Assembly (NCBI GenBank): GCA_003149345.1
Contig: QFWI01000031.1
Location: 224,325-288,324, forward strand
Reading direction: 5' to 3'
Length of the DNA stretch: 64,000 bases
From: Vampirovibrio chlorellavorus
GTDB lineage: Bacteria > Cyanobacteriota > Vampirovibrionia > Vampirovibrionales > Vampirovibrionaceae
The notes below the pieces were generated by a model. That model did no database searches. It saw only the letters and a program-made list of their open reading frames with translations, and was not told the origin of the DNA. Below, piece after piece: positions 50,928 through 63,200 of the stretch (position 1 is the stretch's first letter; each line of letters begins with the position of its first letter). The position numbers and the translations under genes were made by a program.

Positions 50928-51365
50928 GCGTTATCCACCGTGTTTGTGTGTTTGGACATTAAAACAGAACTTCAAATCTAAAATCATAGGGAAGTGGTAT
51001 GCCACTATTCAGAATCAGATACAACAGGGTACTAAAAACAAAAGATTCGCACGAGTTGACCCGCAAGATGGCAGAGCCAAGTCTCCAAGGCCATTACATT
51101 ACCACCTTGCATTTACAGATGCTTTACACGAATTGGGAACAAACTCAAACCTGGCCGTCATTAATCAACAAGAAAGTCACAATCAGGGTGCTGGAAAAGT
51201 ACGGCGTTTGTTGAGAATTCCGCTGGACGCCACGCTATAAAAGCCAACCCGGCCAAAGGCCACTCGTTCGGGATAAGCCCCTTCGCGCAGACCACGGCCC
51301 ATCTATCCAAAAATCATCATTCTGTTTTCTGTCTAACCGGGAACCATCCACGGGGAGTTTTTCGG

Positions 51366-51524
51366 ATGCTGCAATTTAAAGTCCAACCCAAGCCCCAAGC
51401 CACAGAATCAGCATGCCGTGGCACAGCGCATTTGTGGCAGGATTTAGCCCTGAATTTGGGCAAACTCTCCCTGGCCGGATTGTTTGTGACCGGCACTGTC
51501 TGGTTTATGGGAACCTACGCCTGA
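51366..51524 (+). CDS. candidate 52-aa small membrane protein (below the ORF-track length cutoff)
   Basis: ATG 51366 with GGGGAG 8 nt upstream. Sequence MLQFKVQPKPQATESACRGTAHLWQDLALNLGKLSLAGLFVTGTVWFMGTYA has a hydrophobic C-terminus. A plus-strand terminator lies 105 nt downstream. Confidence 0.35.
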   Translation: MLQFKVQPKPQATESACRGTAHLWQDLALNLGKLSLAGLFVTGTVWFMGTYA

Positions 51525-51628
51525 AAACTTCGCCTTAGATCCCCTTAACCCCATTGGGCACAATTCATTTTCCAACACAACATACTCTCTCCTGTCTTTA
51601 TTCCTTCCTACCAATTCCGTACTACCCC

Positions 51629-51669
51629 GCTGTCCAGTTTAGCCAAACGGCTGGACGGCTTTTCTTTTT
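51629..51669 (+). terminator. intrinsic terminator (plus strand)
   Basis: 9-bp stem gctgtccag / ctggacggc (51629-51637 / 51651-51659, one G-T pair), followed by TTTTCTTTTT. Confidence 0.5.
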
Positions 51670-51749
51670 GTAAAAGGTCCAGCCAGAGCCCCGGCCTGAG
51701 GCCGGAACCCTGACTCAACGAGGAAGCCCCCCGAGTGCGATTCACCGTT

Positions 51750-52097
51750 CTATTCGCACTCAGAAACAACAATTCGGCAATTTGCGCCACACTGCTCTTT
51801 GGCCATCGTCGTCGCAGCCTTTTCAGTGCTGCCCCAACCCACGCCATAGTATTGAGTAGAAGCCGCATAAGCGCCGCACGTGTCAAAACGGGCGACCACC
51901 TTGCAATTTTTGTTCCCAGAAGCTTTACACTGTTTTAAGGCTTCTCGGGCGGCTTCCTCACGGGAGTTCGCACCCGTGTAAAGACCGTAGCCCGGCTCAC
52001 CTTCACCTTCTTCATCATCCACAGCGATAGCGCCTGCCGCATACGCCCCTACCGGGAACATCAGCAGCGCACAGAAAACCAATAAACACTGTTTCAT
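51750..52097 (-). CDS. secreted DUF4189-like protein
   Basis: Signal peptide MKQCLLVFCALLMFPVGAYA. The body GAIAVD..GYG..ANSREEAAREALKQCK..GNKNCKVV..F..CGAYA...GWG....A...A..QCG..CRIV matches my memory of the DUF4189 pattern. Confidence 0.65.
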   Translation of the reverse strand: MKQCLLVFCALLMFPVGAYAAGAIAVDDEEGEGEPGYGLYTGANSREEAAREALKQCKASGNKNCKVVARFDTCGAYAASTQYYGVGWGSTEKAATTMAKEQCGANCRIVVSECE

Positions 52098-52399
52098 ACA
52101 GTCTCCTTAATAATACGAAACACCAACGAGAAACATCCGGTAAAAGCGAGCCCCATCAGCAGTTGACCGCTTGATTCAAGGGAGCCCGACGCTAAAAAAC
52201 GGATGCTATATTTCTACCCTCGACCAGCCAATCAAATACTTTAAAAAACAATTAAATACTTACAAAAAATCCGCACCTCTGCGAGAACCCCTGAAAGGTA
52301 CTTCAAACAAGCATCAGCAGGATCAAAATAGCTCAAAGAGAGTCAAAGAGGGAGCAACATAATGCCGCCCTCAGAAAAAACCGGGATTGTCCAGTAATA

Positions 52400-52900
52400 C
52401 TAGCGATAATTGGTGAACTGCAACGGCATGCTCTGCCGGTCGCCGAACTCACGCACGTGCTTGATCACATCTTGCAAGTCATCCCGGCTTTTACCGGTCA
52501 CCCGCACCTGATCGCCCTGAATGCTAGCCTGCACCTTGAGCTTGGACTCCTTGATGTGAGCCACGATTTTCTTGGCCATATCGGTTTCAATGCCCTGCTT
52601 CAGGTTAATCACCTGGCGCACCTTGCCCCCCAGGGCGGCTTCCGGCTCCTGACGATCCAGAATCAAGGGGCTTAGCCCCCGCTTAACCACTTTGGCCTCC
52701 AAAATGTCAAAAATATTCTGGGCCCGAAATTCATCGGTAGTGGTCACCACGATTTTCTTGCCCTCCTCAAAGTCCAGCTCGCTGCCGGAATCTTTCAGGT
52801 CAAAGCGGGAAGCAATCTCCCGGCGAGTTTGATCCAGGGCATTCACTAACTCCTGCTGATCAAATTCGGAAACAATATCGAAACTGGCATCCTTGGCCAT
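52400..52900 (-). CDS. YajQ family (UPF0234) nucleotide-binding protein
   Basis: MAKDASFDIVSEFDQQELVNALDQTRREIASRFDLK is the characteristic YajQ N-terminus. ATG 52900 is chosen inside the track ORF. Confidence 0.88.
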   Translation of the reverse strand: MAKDASFDIVSEFDQQELVNALDQTRREIASRFDLKDSGSELDFEEGKKIVVTTTDEFRAQNIFDILEAKVVKRGLSPLILDRQEPEAALGGKVRQVINLKQGIETDMAKKIVAHIKESKLKVQASIQGDQVRVTGKSRDDLQDVIKHVREFGDRQSMPLQFTNYR

Positions 52901-53089
52901 AATGGCAGGCTCCTTTCCAAAGGTCACTCAAAACAAAAGATAAAAATCAATGAAAGCCCGATACCAGTTTGCCTTGCGGCCTGACCAACCGGGCCGCCAT
53001 GTGCGGCTGCTCATGCGGCTGAAGGACAAGGCGTTTTGGTGCGTACTTTACGGGCATTTTTACAAGCCAAACGGTTTATATTAGATTGA

Positions 53090-53117
53090 TTGTAGACCAA
53101 AAAATACCCGCTACAAT
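53090..53117 (+). promoter_or_regulatory. possible promoter of the ATP synthase operon
   Basis: TTGTAG (53090-95), 16-nt spacer, TACAAT (53112-17), about 60 nt upstream of the first operon ORF. Confidence 0.3.
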
Positions 53118-53177
53118 ACGCCTCACTTGCCTCAAAAAGCCAGCGACGCCCACCCCCCGGAAAGCAGGTTGCACTCA

Positions 53178-53708
53178 ATGGAATACGCCATCCAGCTCAT
53201 CCTACCGATTATTGGTGGCCTCTTGCTGGGGGATTGGCTGACCCGTACTTACGGGCTTTCGCCGCTTTGGACAGTGTTGCTAGGCATTCTGGGCATGGTG
53301 ATGGGCATTCGCATCCTGTACAAACGGGGAATGGCAGAGCAGCGCCTCCAAAAAGAAAAGCCACCGCTGCCGAAAAAGGCCCCCAGTCCGACGCAACTCA
53401 CTCCGGCGCAAACCTCGCCAGCACCGCAGACTTCCAGAGCGGAAGCCAAGGCGAAAGAAAACGGCACCCCGCAGGCCAATGAGCCAAAGCAGCCTAGACA
53501 GGAATCCGAACAATCCGAGCAAGCCTCCAGCCCGCCGCCCGCCAAAGGAACCACACTGGACTCGCTGCATGACCTGTATCAGCAAATCGAGAATTCTCCT
53601 CCTGAAGAGGCTGAGGACTTCCCTCCCGACCTGGACAGGGAACTAAACCTTAAAGACACGCAGGATGACGCGACTGACGCCCTCAAACTACCCAAATCGG
53701 AGCATTGA
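53178..53708 (+). CDS. AtpZ/AtpR-like small F0F1-associated membrane protein with a ~115-aa Pro/Gln/Glu/Ser-rich C-terminal extension
   Basis: MEYAIQLILPIIGGLLLGDWLTRTYGLSPLWTVLLGILGMVMGIRILYKR is the two-TM AtpZ-type module. It is the first gene of the atp operon. The track ORF starts at TTG 53127. Confidence 0.6.
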   Translation: MEYAIQLILPIIGGLLLGDWLTRTYGLSPLWTVLLGILGMVMGIRILYKRGMAEQRLQKEKPPLPKKAPSPTQLTPAQTSPAPQTSRAEAKAKENGTPQANEPKQPRQESEQSEQASSPPPAKGTTLDSLHDLYQQIENSPPEEAEDFPPDLDRELNLKDTQDDATDALKLPKSEH

Positions 53709-53733
53709 TTTGATCAGCAAACCATTTTTGGCC

Positions 53734-54102
53734 ATGAAAAAAAGGCTCTGGCTGGGAACTTTAGCCCTGGATGCCCTATTACTGTGTGTATTCGCCCTAT
53801 TCTACCCTCAGCAACTCAAGTTGGGCGCAACCGGAATGCTGCTTGGCCTTGGCTACCTTTGGAGCCTGACCTTCAACGCTGAAAATCCCAAAAAAGGCAT
53901 CCAAATGGCATTTTCAACCATTCGAGCCTGTTTGTTCGCCTACGCTCTGGTTCAGGTGTCTCACGGCAAGGCCAACGATCTTGCTATTGTCATTGGCGGA
54001 TTTTTAAGTTACAAAGTGATTCTTACCGTGGATTGCGCAATTCAGGCACTATCAGCATTATTTGGCAAGGCATTGGTAAAGACGGAACGTCCGTCTGTCT
54101 AA
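53734..54102 (+). CDS. atpI: ATP synthase protein I (AtpI-like)
   Basis: 122-aa protein with four hydrophobic segments, directly upstream of the a-subunit gene. ATG 53734 lies inside track ORF 53665..54102. Confidence 0.6.
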   Translation: MKKRLWLGTLALDALLLCVFALFYPQQLKLGATGMLLGLGYLWSLTFNAENPKKGIQMAFSTIRACLFAYALVQVSHGKANDLAIVIGGFLSYKVILTVDCAIQALSALFGKALVKTERPSV

Positions 54103-54287
54103 ACGCCTTTAACATGCTGAATCGGAATATAAATGCCTCTGCAAAACGCTCGTCACGGAGTACTCAAGGTTTGCGCAAGTATTTGCGCCTCAAGTATTTG
54201 TGCCTGTTGTCGCTTTGCCCGGTCTGTGTTTACAACACGATATGAGTCAGTTTTTTGAAAATCAGTTTAAGGTATTAAAGGATCGTC

Positions 54288-54980
54288 ATGGAACACGAAT
54301 GGGTCGTTCAACTCGCTGGTCAATCAGTCAATCTCAACACCCTGATTATGGTGTGGTTGGGTATGGCGGTGGTTTTGTCGGCTGCCTGGCTGTCCACCCG
54401 CAATTTAAGCGTGGTTCCCGGTAAATTACAGGTGGTCGGCGAAGGGTTCTACGACATTTGCCGGGGCATTACCATGGCCACCGCCGGTAAACGGGGAGAT
54501 GGCTTCCTGTACTTTGTGGGTTCCCTCTTCCTGTTTATCATGACCGCCAACCTGATGGGCCAGCTTCCCCTGCGTCTGTTCCACATTCCGGCGGGTGAGC
54601 TGAAGGCCGCCACTGCCGATATCAATACTACTGCCGCCCTGGCCATTTGTACGGTATTGATGTACTTCGGTTACGGCCTTTTCAAAAAGGGGCCTCGCTA
54701 CTTCAAGCACTACATCTCTCCAGATCCATGGTACATCGGTTTGTTTTTCCTACCCATGAACATTCTGGAAGATATCACCCGTCCCGGCTCCTTGCTGGTT
54801 CGACTGTACTTCAACATACTGGTCGGAGAAATCCTGTCAGGCATCGCCCTGGGTGTTTCGCCTTACGTTCTGCCCAGCTTTGTCATCTTCCTGGAATTGT
54901 TTGTGGCCGTGGTGCAGGCATACATCTTTGCCATCCTGAGTTCGGTCTACATCAGCCTCTTATCGGAGGACCACCACTAA
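54288..54980 (+). CDS. atpB: F0F1 ATP synthase subunit a
   Basis: 230 aa, polytopic. The conserved Arg lies in LLVRLYFNILVGEIL. Confidence 0.92.
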   Translation: MEHEWVVQLAGQSVNLNTLIMVWLGMAVVLSAAWLSTRNLSVVPGKLQVVGEGFYDICRGITMATAGKRGDGFLYFVGSLFLFIMTANLMGQLPLRLFHIPAGELKAATADINTTAALAICTVLMYFGYGLFKKGPRYFKHYISPDPWYIGLFFLPMNILEDITRPGSLLVRLYFNILVGEILSGIALGVSPYVLPSFVIFLELFVAVVQAYIFAILSSVYISLLSEDHH

Positions 54981-55062
54981 AGCCGGATTAGTTCTCATAT
55001 CCCCACAACACTTGATTTTGGTTTGTATTATTCCCCCTGATAGATAAAGGAGACTCTACATA

Positions 55063-55299
55063 ATGGAAACAGCAGCAGTCGCGTTATTAGCTGGCGCCCT
55101 CGCCGTTGGGATCGCCGCCATTGGCCCCGCCATCGGTATCAGTTTGATGACCGCCGCCTTCTTCAACAGCGTTGCCCGCCAACCCGAAGTCCAAGGCAAC
55201 ATCACCACCCAATACTTCATTACCCTGGGTGTTGTGGAATTGCTGGGTTTGTTCGGTTTTGTAACCTTCTTCCTGCTGTTCCAGAAGTTCGGCGGCTAA
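55063..55299 (+). CDS. atpE: F0F1 ATP synthase subunit c
   Basis: 78-aa hairpin protein with the ARQPE loop and the proton-carrying Glu in GVVELLGLFG. Confidence 0.93.
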   Translation: METAAVALLAGALAVGIAAIGPAIGISLMTAAFFNSVARQPEVQGNITTQYFITLGVVELLGLFGFVTFFLLFQKFGG

Positions 55300-55433
55300 T
55301 CACAGCGTTTTTGACTTGTAGCCGCTTGTCCGTCCGCTGTTTATCCCAGCCTGACAGGCGGCTACACCAAGCCTTATAAACGCTTAACCGAAAGTTTCAA
55401 GTTCAGCTTTGCGCCACAGGAACCCTTTCCCTT

Positions 55434-55880
55434 ATGCCCACTTTTAACGCCACATTTCTTTTCGTCCTGCTTAGTTTTGCTATTTTTGTTGCCTTGATGA
55501 AGGCCATTTATTTCGACCCGATTATGGCCATTAAAAATGAGCGTGAGCGCAAACTGACCCAGGATGAACAATCCGCGAAAGATTTCTTAAAACAGTTTGA
55601 GAAACTGCACAGCGAGTATCAGGCAGGCATTAAACAGGCCCGTTTGGAAGCCCATCAACTCATCCAGCAAATTCGTCAGCAGGCCAAAACCTCGGCCCAG
55701 CAACTGGTGATTAACGCCCGCAACGACGCTCAGAGTGAAACCGATCGCCAAATGGCGGATCTTTCCATCTGGCGAGAAAACACTTACGGGGAGTTGGAAT
55801 CTGAGCGCGCAGCCCTGACCCAGACCGTCATCGCCAAAGTTAAAACCGGTGGAAAAATCGGTTCCGCCACGGGTAGTTAG
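55434..55880 (+). CDS. atpF2: F0F1 ATP synthase subunit b'
   Basis: 148 aa with an N-terminal TM followed by a long charged helix. It is the first of two b-type genes, as in cyanobacterial and chloroplast operons. Confidence 0.8.
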   Translation: MPTFNATFLFVLLSFAIFVALMKAIYFDPIMAIKNERERKLTQDEQSAKDFLKQFEKLHSEYQAGIKQARLEAHQLIQQIRQQAKTSAQQLVINARNDAQSETDRQMADLSIWRENTYGELESERAALTQTVIAKVKTGGKIGSATGS

Positions 55881-55909
55881 TCGTCCACACAGGAGCGAGT
55901 ACAGCAGGA

Positions 55910-56496
55910 ATGTTACCTATACAGACAATCAATCCCTTCTTGCAGCAAGCCTCCGTGTTCTGGCTGCAAGCGCACCACGAAAGCGGTGAACACCCCATGA
56001 CCCTTCTTCAGCAGCTGGAACACTCCAATGTGTTCAACGTATTACTGGTGGCGCTGATTTTAGGATTGGTCGCAAAAAAATTGAACCTTTTTGGCGGCAT
56101 TGACGAACATCGCCAGAAATTAGCCGCGGAAGTCCAGGCCGTTGAACTGCAAAAGAAGAAGGCCTTGGAGCAACTGGAAGAGGCCAAGCGCAAGACCAGC
56201 GGCTTGACTGAGGAAATCAACGAAATTTTGAATTCAGCCCGTGCTTCGGCAGAGGCCATGTCTCACCAGATTTTAAGCGACGCCCGCAACGAATCGGCCA
56301 AAATTGTGGAAAACGCCAAAAAGCGTATGGAATTGGAGCGCCGGGCAGCCATTAAGGAATTGGAGCGCCGTTTGTTAAGTGACGCTTTGGCCGATGCCCG
56401 AACCGAGCTGGCCTCTCAATTGAACGCCGCTGACCAAAAACGTTCCGTTGAAAGCTTTCTGGATGAACTATCGCAAATAAACGGAGGTCAGCGCTG

Positions 56497-56497
<1 letters not shown>
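55910..56497 (+). CDS. atpF: F0F1 ATP synthase subunit b
   Basis: TM VFNVLLVALILGLVAKKL followed by a long helix. An alternative start lies at ATG 55997. Confidence 0.8.
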
Positions 56498-58645
<2,148 letters not shown>

Positions 58646-58669
58646 GAAGGTCAGCGAAGGAAGCAAACC

Positions 58670-59608
58670 ATGCCCAACCTGAAAGACATCCGACGCCGGA
58701 TTAAAAGCGTCAAGAGTACCCAAAAGATCACCCAGGCCATGCGCATGGTGGCCGCAGCCAAGGTCAAGCGAGCTGAAAATCGCGTCAAAGCGGCGCGTCC
58801 TTACGCCTCGGAATTCCGCAAGGTATTCAGTGACGTTTTCAATGCGCTGAAGAACCACAACCAGGACATCAGCGGCTCTCGTTACGCCGATCTGTTGCAG
58901 TCCCGGCAAATCCACAATGTGGGTATCGTGGTCATCAGTTCTGACCGGGGCTTGTGCGGTAACTACAACTCGGCGGTCATCCGTCAGGCGTTCCGCCTGG
59001 AAAAGGAGATCAAGGCCCGTGGTTTGACCCCCAAATTCTACCTGGTGGGTAACAAGGCCATCCAGGCGTTTGCCCGCTACTCCAACTCGGAAGTTTTGGG
59101 CCGCAGCGCCGGTATTTCAGCGGCTCCTACCGTAGAAGACGCCAATCTGATTGCCCAGACCATGACACAGGCTTTTCTGGATGGAAAAATAGACACCATC
59201 GATGTGTTATCCACACATTTTGTGTCCATGATTTCCTACAAAGTGCAGATCAGTCCGGTTATTCCGGTTCGCTCGTTTATTGATTGGGAGCCTGAGCTGA
59301 TTCCCAGTCTGAATGATAGCCACTACAGCGTATCTCCCAGCGAATTAAAGCCCGAGCTATTGCTAGAGCCCAATGCGGTCAGCATTCTGGATAAAATGGT
59401 GCCGATGTTTGTCAGTAATTTGCTCTACACGTTGCTACTGGAAGGCTCAGCCAGTGAGCTGGCCGCCCGAATGACGGCCATGTCTAACGCTACCAGCAAC
59501 GCGGGCGACATGATCAACCGCCTGACCATCCAGTACAACAAGGTGAGACAGGCGGCCATTACTCAGGAAATTCTGGAAATCGTGGGCGGCGCCGAAGCCC
59601 TGAAATAA
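58670..59608 (+). CDS. atpG: F0F1 ATP synthase subunit gamma
   Basis: MPNLKDIRRRIKSVKSTQKITQAMRMVAAAK N-terminus and ..QAAITQEILEIVGGAEAL C-terminus. Confidence 0.95.
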   Translation: MPNLKDIRRRIKSVKSTQKITQAMRMVAAAKVKRAENRVKAARPYASEFRKVFSDVFNALKNHNQDISGSRYADLLQSRQIHNVGIVVISSDRGLCGNYNSAVIRQAFRLEKEIKARGLTPKFYLVGNKAIQAFARYSNSEVLGRSAGISAAPTVEDANLIAQTMTQAFLDGKIDTIDVLSTHFVSMISYKVQISPVIPVRSFIDWEPELIPSLNDSHYSVSPSELKPELLLEPNAVSILDKMVPMFVSNLLYTLLLEGSASELAARMTAMSNATSNAGDMINRLTIQYNKVRQAAITQEILEIVGGAEALK

Positions 59609-59627
59609 CCAATCTCAAAAAGAAAAG

Positions 59628-59658
59628 CCGGCTGGGCTTGAAGCTCCGCCGGTTTTTT
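59628..59658 (+). terminator. intrinsic terminator ending the atp operon after gamma
   Basis: 11-bp stem ccggctgggct / agctccgccgg (one mismatch, one G-T pair), loop tga, then TTTTTT (59653-59658). Confidence 0.75.
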
Positions 59659-59747
59659 GATGGGTAAAAATTGAGGGGAAATTGTGTCTTCAGAGTTTTT
59701 AGGTTGAATTAAAACACCGTAACAGACCTGGTTCTTGAACCGCCTGA

Positions 59748-59960
59748 TTAGGCAAAAGTGTCCAGATGCCCCAAACTGTGTGTTTGATACTGTGCCAGTG
59801 AGCTGGAACCGGTAAACAGCGGGGTCCCGTTAAAGGTATCCACACACAGGTTGGCGCTGCCACTGGCTGCGGCACCTTTAAAAGTCGGAGTCACTGTACG
59901 CGCAGGTTGGTTCACCACTGGATTGAAGAGGGTTTTAAGGGCGGCTCCAAAAGCATTCAT
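59748..59960 (-). CDS. orphan 70-aa ORF (doubtful gene)
   Basis: It is the only ORF in the 650-bp spacer between atpG and secA. The SD is weak, I recognise no family and it has no hydrophobic segment. Confidence 0.25.
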   Translation of the reverse strand: MNAFGAALKTLFNPVVNQPARTVTPTFKGAAASGSANLCVDTFNGTPLFTGSSSLAQYQTHSLGHLDTFA

Positions 59961-60147
59961 ACGAAAACACTCACTTTCTGAATTGGTTTCCTTCCAGGGA
60001 AAAAGTTGGTAGACGAGTCAGGTTTTTGTCTTTCAAACACTTAGGTTAGTGTCATTAAAACACCCTGATAGAATTTTGTAAACACCCTCATGAAAATTTT
60101 TATGAAGGGCTCTTTATGGCCACCCGAGAAGGCTTCTTGGCAGAGCG

Positions 60148-60177
60148 ATGACAATTCGGGCTGATTTTGCGTATACT
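60148..60177 (+). promoter_or_regulatory. possible sigma70-type promoter of secA
   Basis: ATGACA (60148-53), 18-nt spacer, TATACT (60172-77), about 83 nt upstream of the secA ATG. Confidence 0.4.
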
Positions 60178-60259
60178 ATAAAGAGTTTTTGGCAAACGCC
60201 GCCTGAATTTGAGCGGTCAACGCCCGTTACAGCATGCCTAACGTCAGAGAGACCCCTTC

Positions 60260-63200
60260 ATGTTCGACTTAATCCGCAAGATCCTGCCCGATCCCAACGA
60301 GCGTAAAATCAAAGCCCGTGAGCCTATCGTGGATCATATCAATGATCTGGAAGCGGAAATGCAAGCCCTCAGCGACGATGAGCTTCGGGGTAAAACGGAC
60401 TACTTCCGCCAAATGCTTGCAGGGCGGGAACGTGGAGAAAACGAAAAGCGGGATCGCCAGCTGGAAAAAGAGATGCTGGACATGATTCTACCCGAGGCCT
60501 TTGCCGTGGTACGGGAAGCCAGCCGTCGGGTGCTGAACATGCGCCACTTTGACGTGCAATTGCTGGGCGGCATGGTGCTGCACGATGGTGGAATCGCTGA
60601 AATGCGAACCGGGGAAGGGAAGACGCTGGTGGCCACTTTACCCGCCTACCTGAACGCCCTGACGGGCAAAGGGGTTCACGTCATCACCGTGAACGACTAT
60701 CTGGCCCGCCGGGACGCGGAATGGATGGGTAAAGTCTACAATTTTTTAGGCTTGAGTACGGGCATGGTGCTGTCCCAGCAGCGCAGTTTCAACGCCTTCG
60801 CTGATAAAAAGGCCGCTTACGCCGCAGATATTACCTATGGGACCAACAACGAGTTTGGTTTCGACTACCTGCGGGACAACATGGCAGGCTCCAAAAGCCA
60901 ACTGGTACAACGTCCTTTCAACTTTGCCATTATTGACGAAGTGGACAGCATCCTGATTGACGAAGCCCGGACTCCGCTCATTATCAGCGGACGACTGGAG
61001 CAGTCGGCGGATATGTACCGTACCATGGCTCGAATCGCCCCCCTGTTGCAGTCGGATCGTGACTACACGGTGGACGAGAAGGGGAGAAACGTTGTACTAA
61101 CCGAAGAGGGAATCGATCGGGCTCAGGAGATCCTGGGTGTGGAAGACCTGTTTGATATTCAGCACAACATGGCTCACCATATGCTGCAAGCCCTCAAGGC
61201 CAAGGAATTATTCCGCCTGGATGTGGACTATGTGGTCAAAAACAACGAAGTGGTCATTGTGGACGAGTTCACCGGCCGTTTGATGGATGGACGCCGCTGG
61301 AGCGATGGCCTGCACCAGGCCGTTGAAGCCAAAGAGGGCGTCGCCATTCAGGATGAAACCCAGACCCTGGCCAGCATCACATTCCAGAACCTGTTCCGTC
61401 TGTACCCCAAACTTTCCGGGATGACCGGGACGGCCCAGACCGAAGAGGCCGAATTCGGCAAGATTTACAACCTCAGTGTCACCACCATCCCCACCAACCG
61501 TTCGGATCGGCGCAACAACCTGCCCGACACCATTTACAAGAACGAGCGCATCAAAATGCTCAAAGTGGTGGAAGAGATTGTGGAATACCATCAACTGGGT
61601 CGCCCGGTGCTGGTGGGTACGGTTTCTATCGAGAAGTCCGAAGAGATTTCCCGCCTGCTGTCCAAGCCGGTCACCCTGACCCAGCACCTACGGGAAAAGG
61701 CCGCCCGCCTGCTGAATAGCCTGGATGCCAACAAGGACGCCGAATTGTATAACAAACTGGCTGGTAAACTGCGCAACCCGGAAGCTGCTCGCCCGGAAGA
61801 TTTCACCGAGCTGGCCAAGGATCAGCCTGAGGATTTGGCGGTTTTTCTGGAAGGACTGGCCAAAACGCTGAAGACAGTTATTGCCATTCAAAACGGGCTC
61901 CCTCACCAGGTGCTGAACGCCAAGCACCACGAGCAGGAGGCCATGATCGTGGCGCAGGCCGGGCGGAAAGGGGCCATCACCATCGCCACCAACATGGCCG
62001 GTCGGGGCACCGACATTTTGCTGGGTGGTAACGCCGACGCCATGGCCAAGAGCGAATTTGAACTGATGGGTATGGACTGGCGCGCCGTGGATCCACAGGA
62101 TCTGGAAGCGGCCATTGCCCGCAAGAAGCTGTTGACCGATGTGGAGAAAGAGGAAGTGCAGGCCCAGGGTGGTTTGCACATCATTGGGACAGAACGACAC
62201 GAGTCACGCCGGATTGACAACCAGCTGCGGGGTCGGGCCGCTCGACAAGGGGATCCGGGCTCTACCCACTTCTTTTTGTCTCTGGAAGATGGACTGATGC
62301 GCAAGTTCGGCGGCGATCGCATTTCCGGCATGATGGACATGCTGGGGGTGGATGAAACCATGCCCATTTCCGCCAAAATGGTCAGCCGGGCCATTGAAGG
62401 GGCGCAGCGCAAGGTAGAAGCCTATTACTTCGATATCCGCAAGAACATTTTACAGTACGACGATGTGCTGACCGAGCAGCGCCAACTGATATACGACCAA
62501 CGCAAAAAGGTACTCAACGGGGAAAACCTTCGGGATTCCATTCGCCATATGGTAGAACAGGCCATGGAGCGGATTGTGACCACCCATTTGCCCCCCAATA
62601 CCACCCCCGAAGACTGGGCCGAGGATGTCCTGGCAGAAATGCTGAATACCATCCATGGCATTTGCCCCCAACTGGGGCCGGTGGTCACCGTGGAAAGCCT
62701 GAGCGGTAAAAGCCAGGCCCAGGTACTGGAGTTTGTCAAAACCGAAGGCGTCAAAGTTTACGAAACGCTGGAGGCTGAACTCAGCCGCATTTCCAAAGAG
62801 CTGGAAGCCTCCCACGGGTTGAATTTAGCCGGTTTGGATGAGGATGACGAAGCGGCGGCCAGCGAACTGGAGAATCTGCCTCCCGAGAAAGTGGCTGAAA
62901 TCAAGCATCCGCTACGCCGCATTGAGCGGGATATTTTGCTCTCGGTCATCGACAACCGCTGGATTGACTACCTGCACAACCTGGACGGCTTGAGAGAGGG
63001 TATTGGTCTGCGGGCCTACGGGCAGAAAGACCCCTTGATTGAATACAAGCGGGAAGCCTTTGAAATGTTCCAGAACCTGACCTACGAGATTCAACGGGAT
63101 ACGGTCATGATTCTGTTCAACACCCGTATTGAAATCCAGATGCAGCGGCAGATGGAAGAACCGGCTTTCAGCGTGGACGAAGAGATGCACCACACCCCGC

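Noticed and set aside
50890-51240. 116-aa plus-strand ORF upstream of rimO, and the overlapping ORF 50999..51214.
   Set aside because: It begins inside the rimO 5' end and has no SD. The region is AT-richer and the translation has no features. I treat it as the promoter/spacer region.
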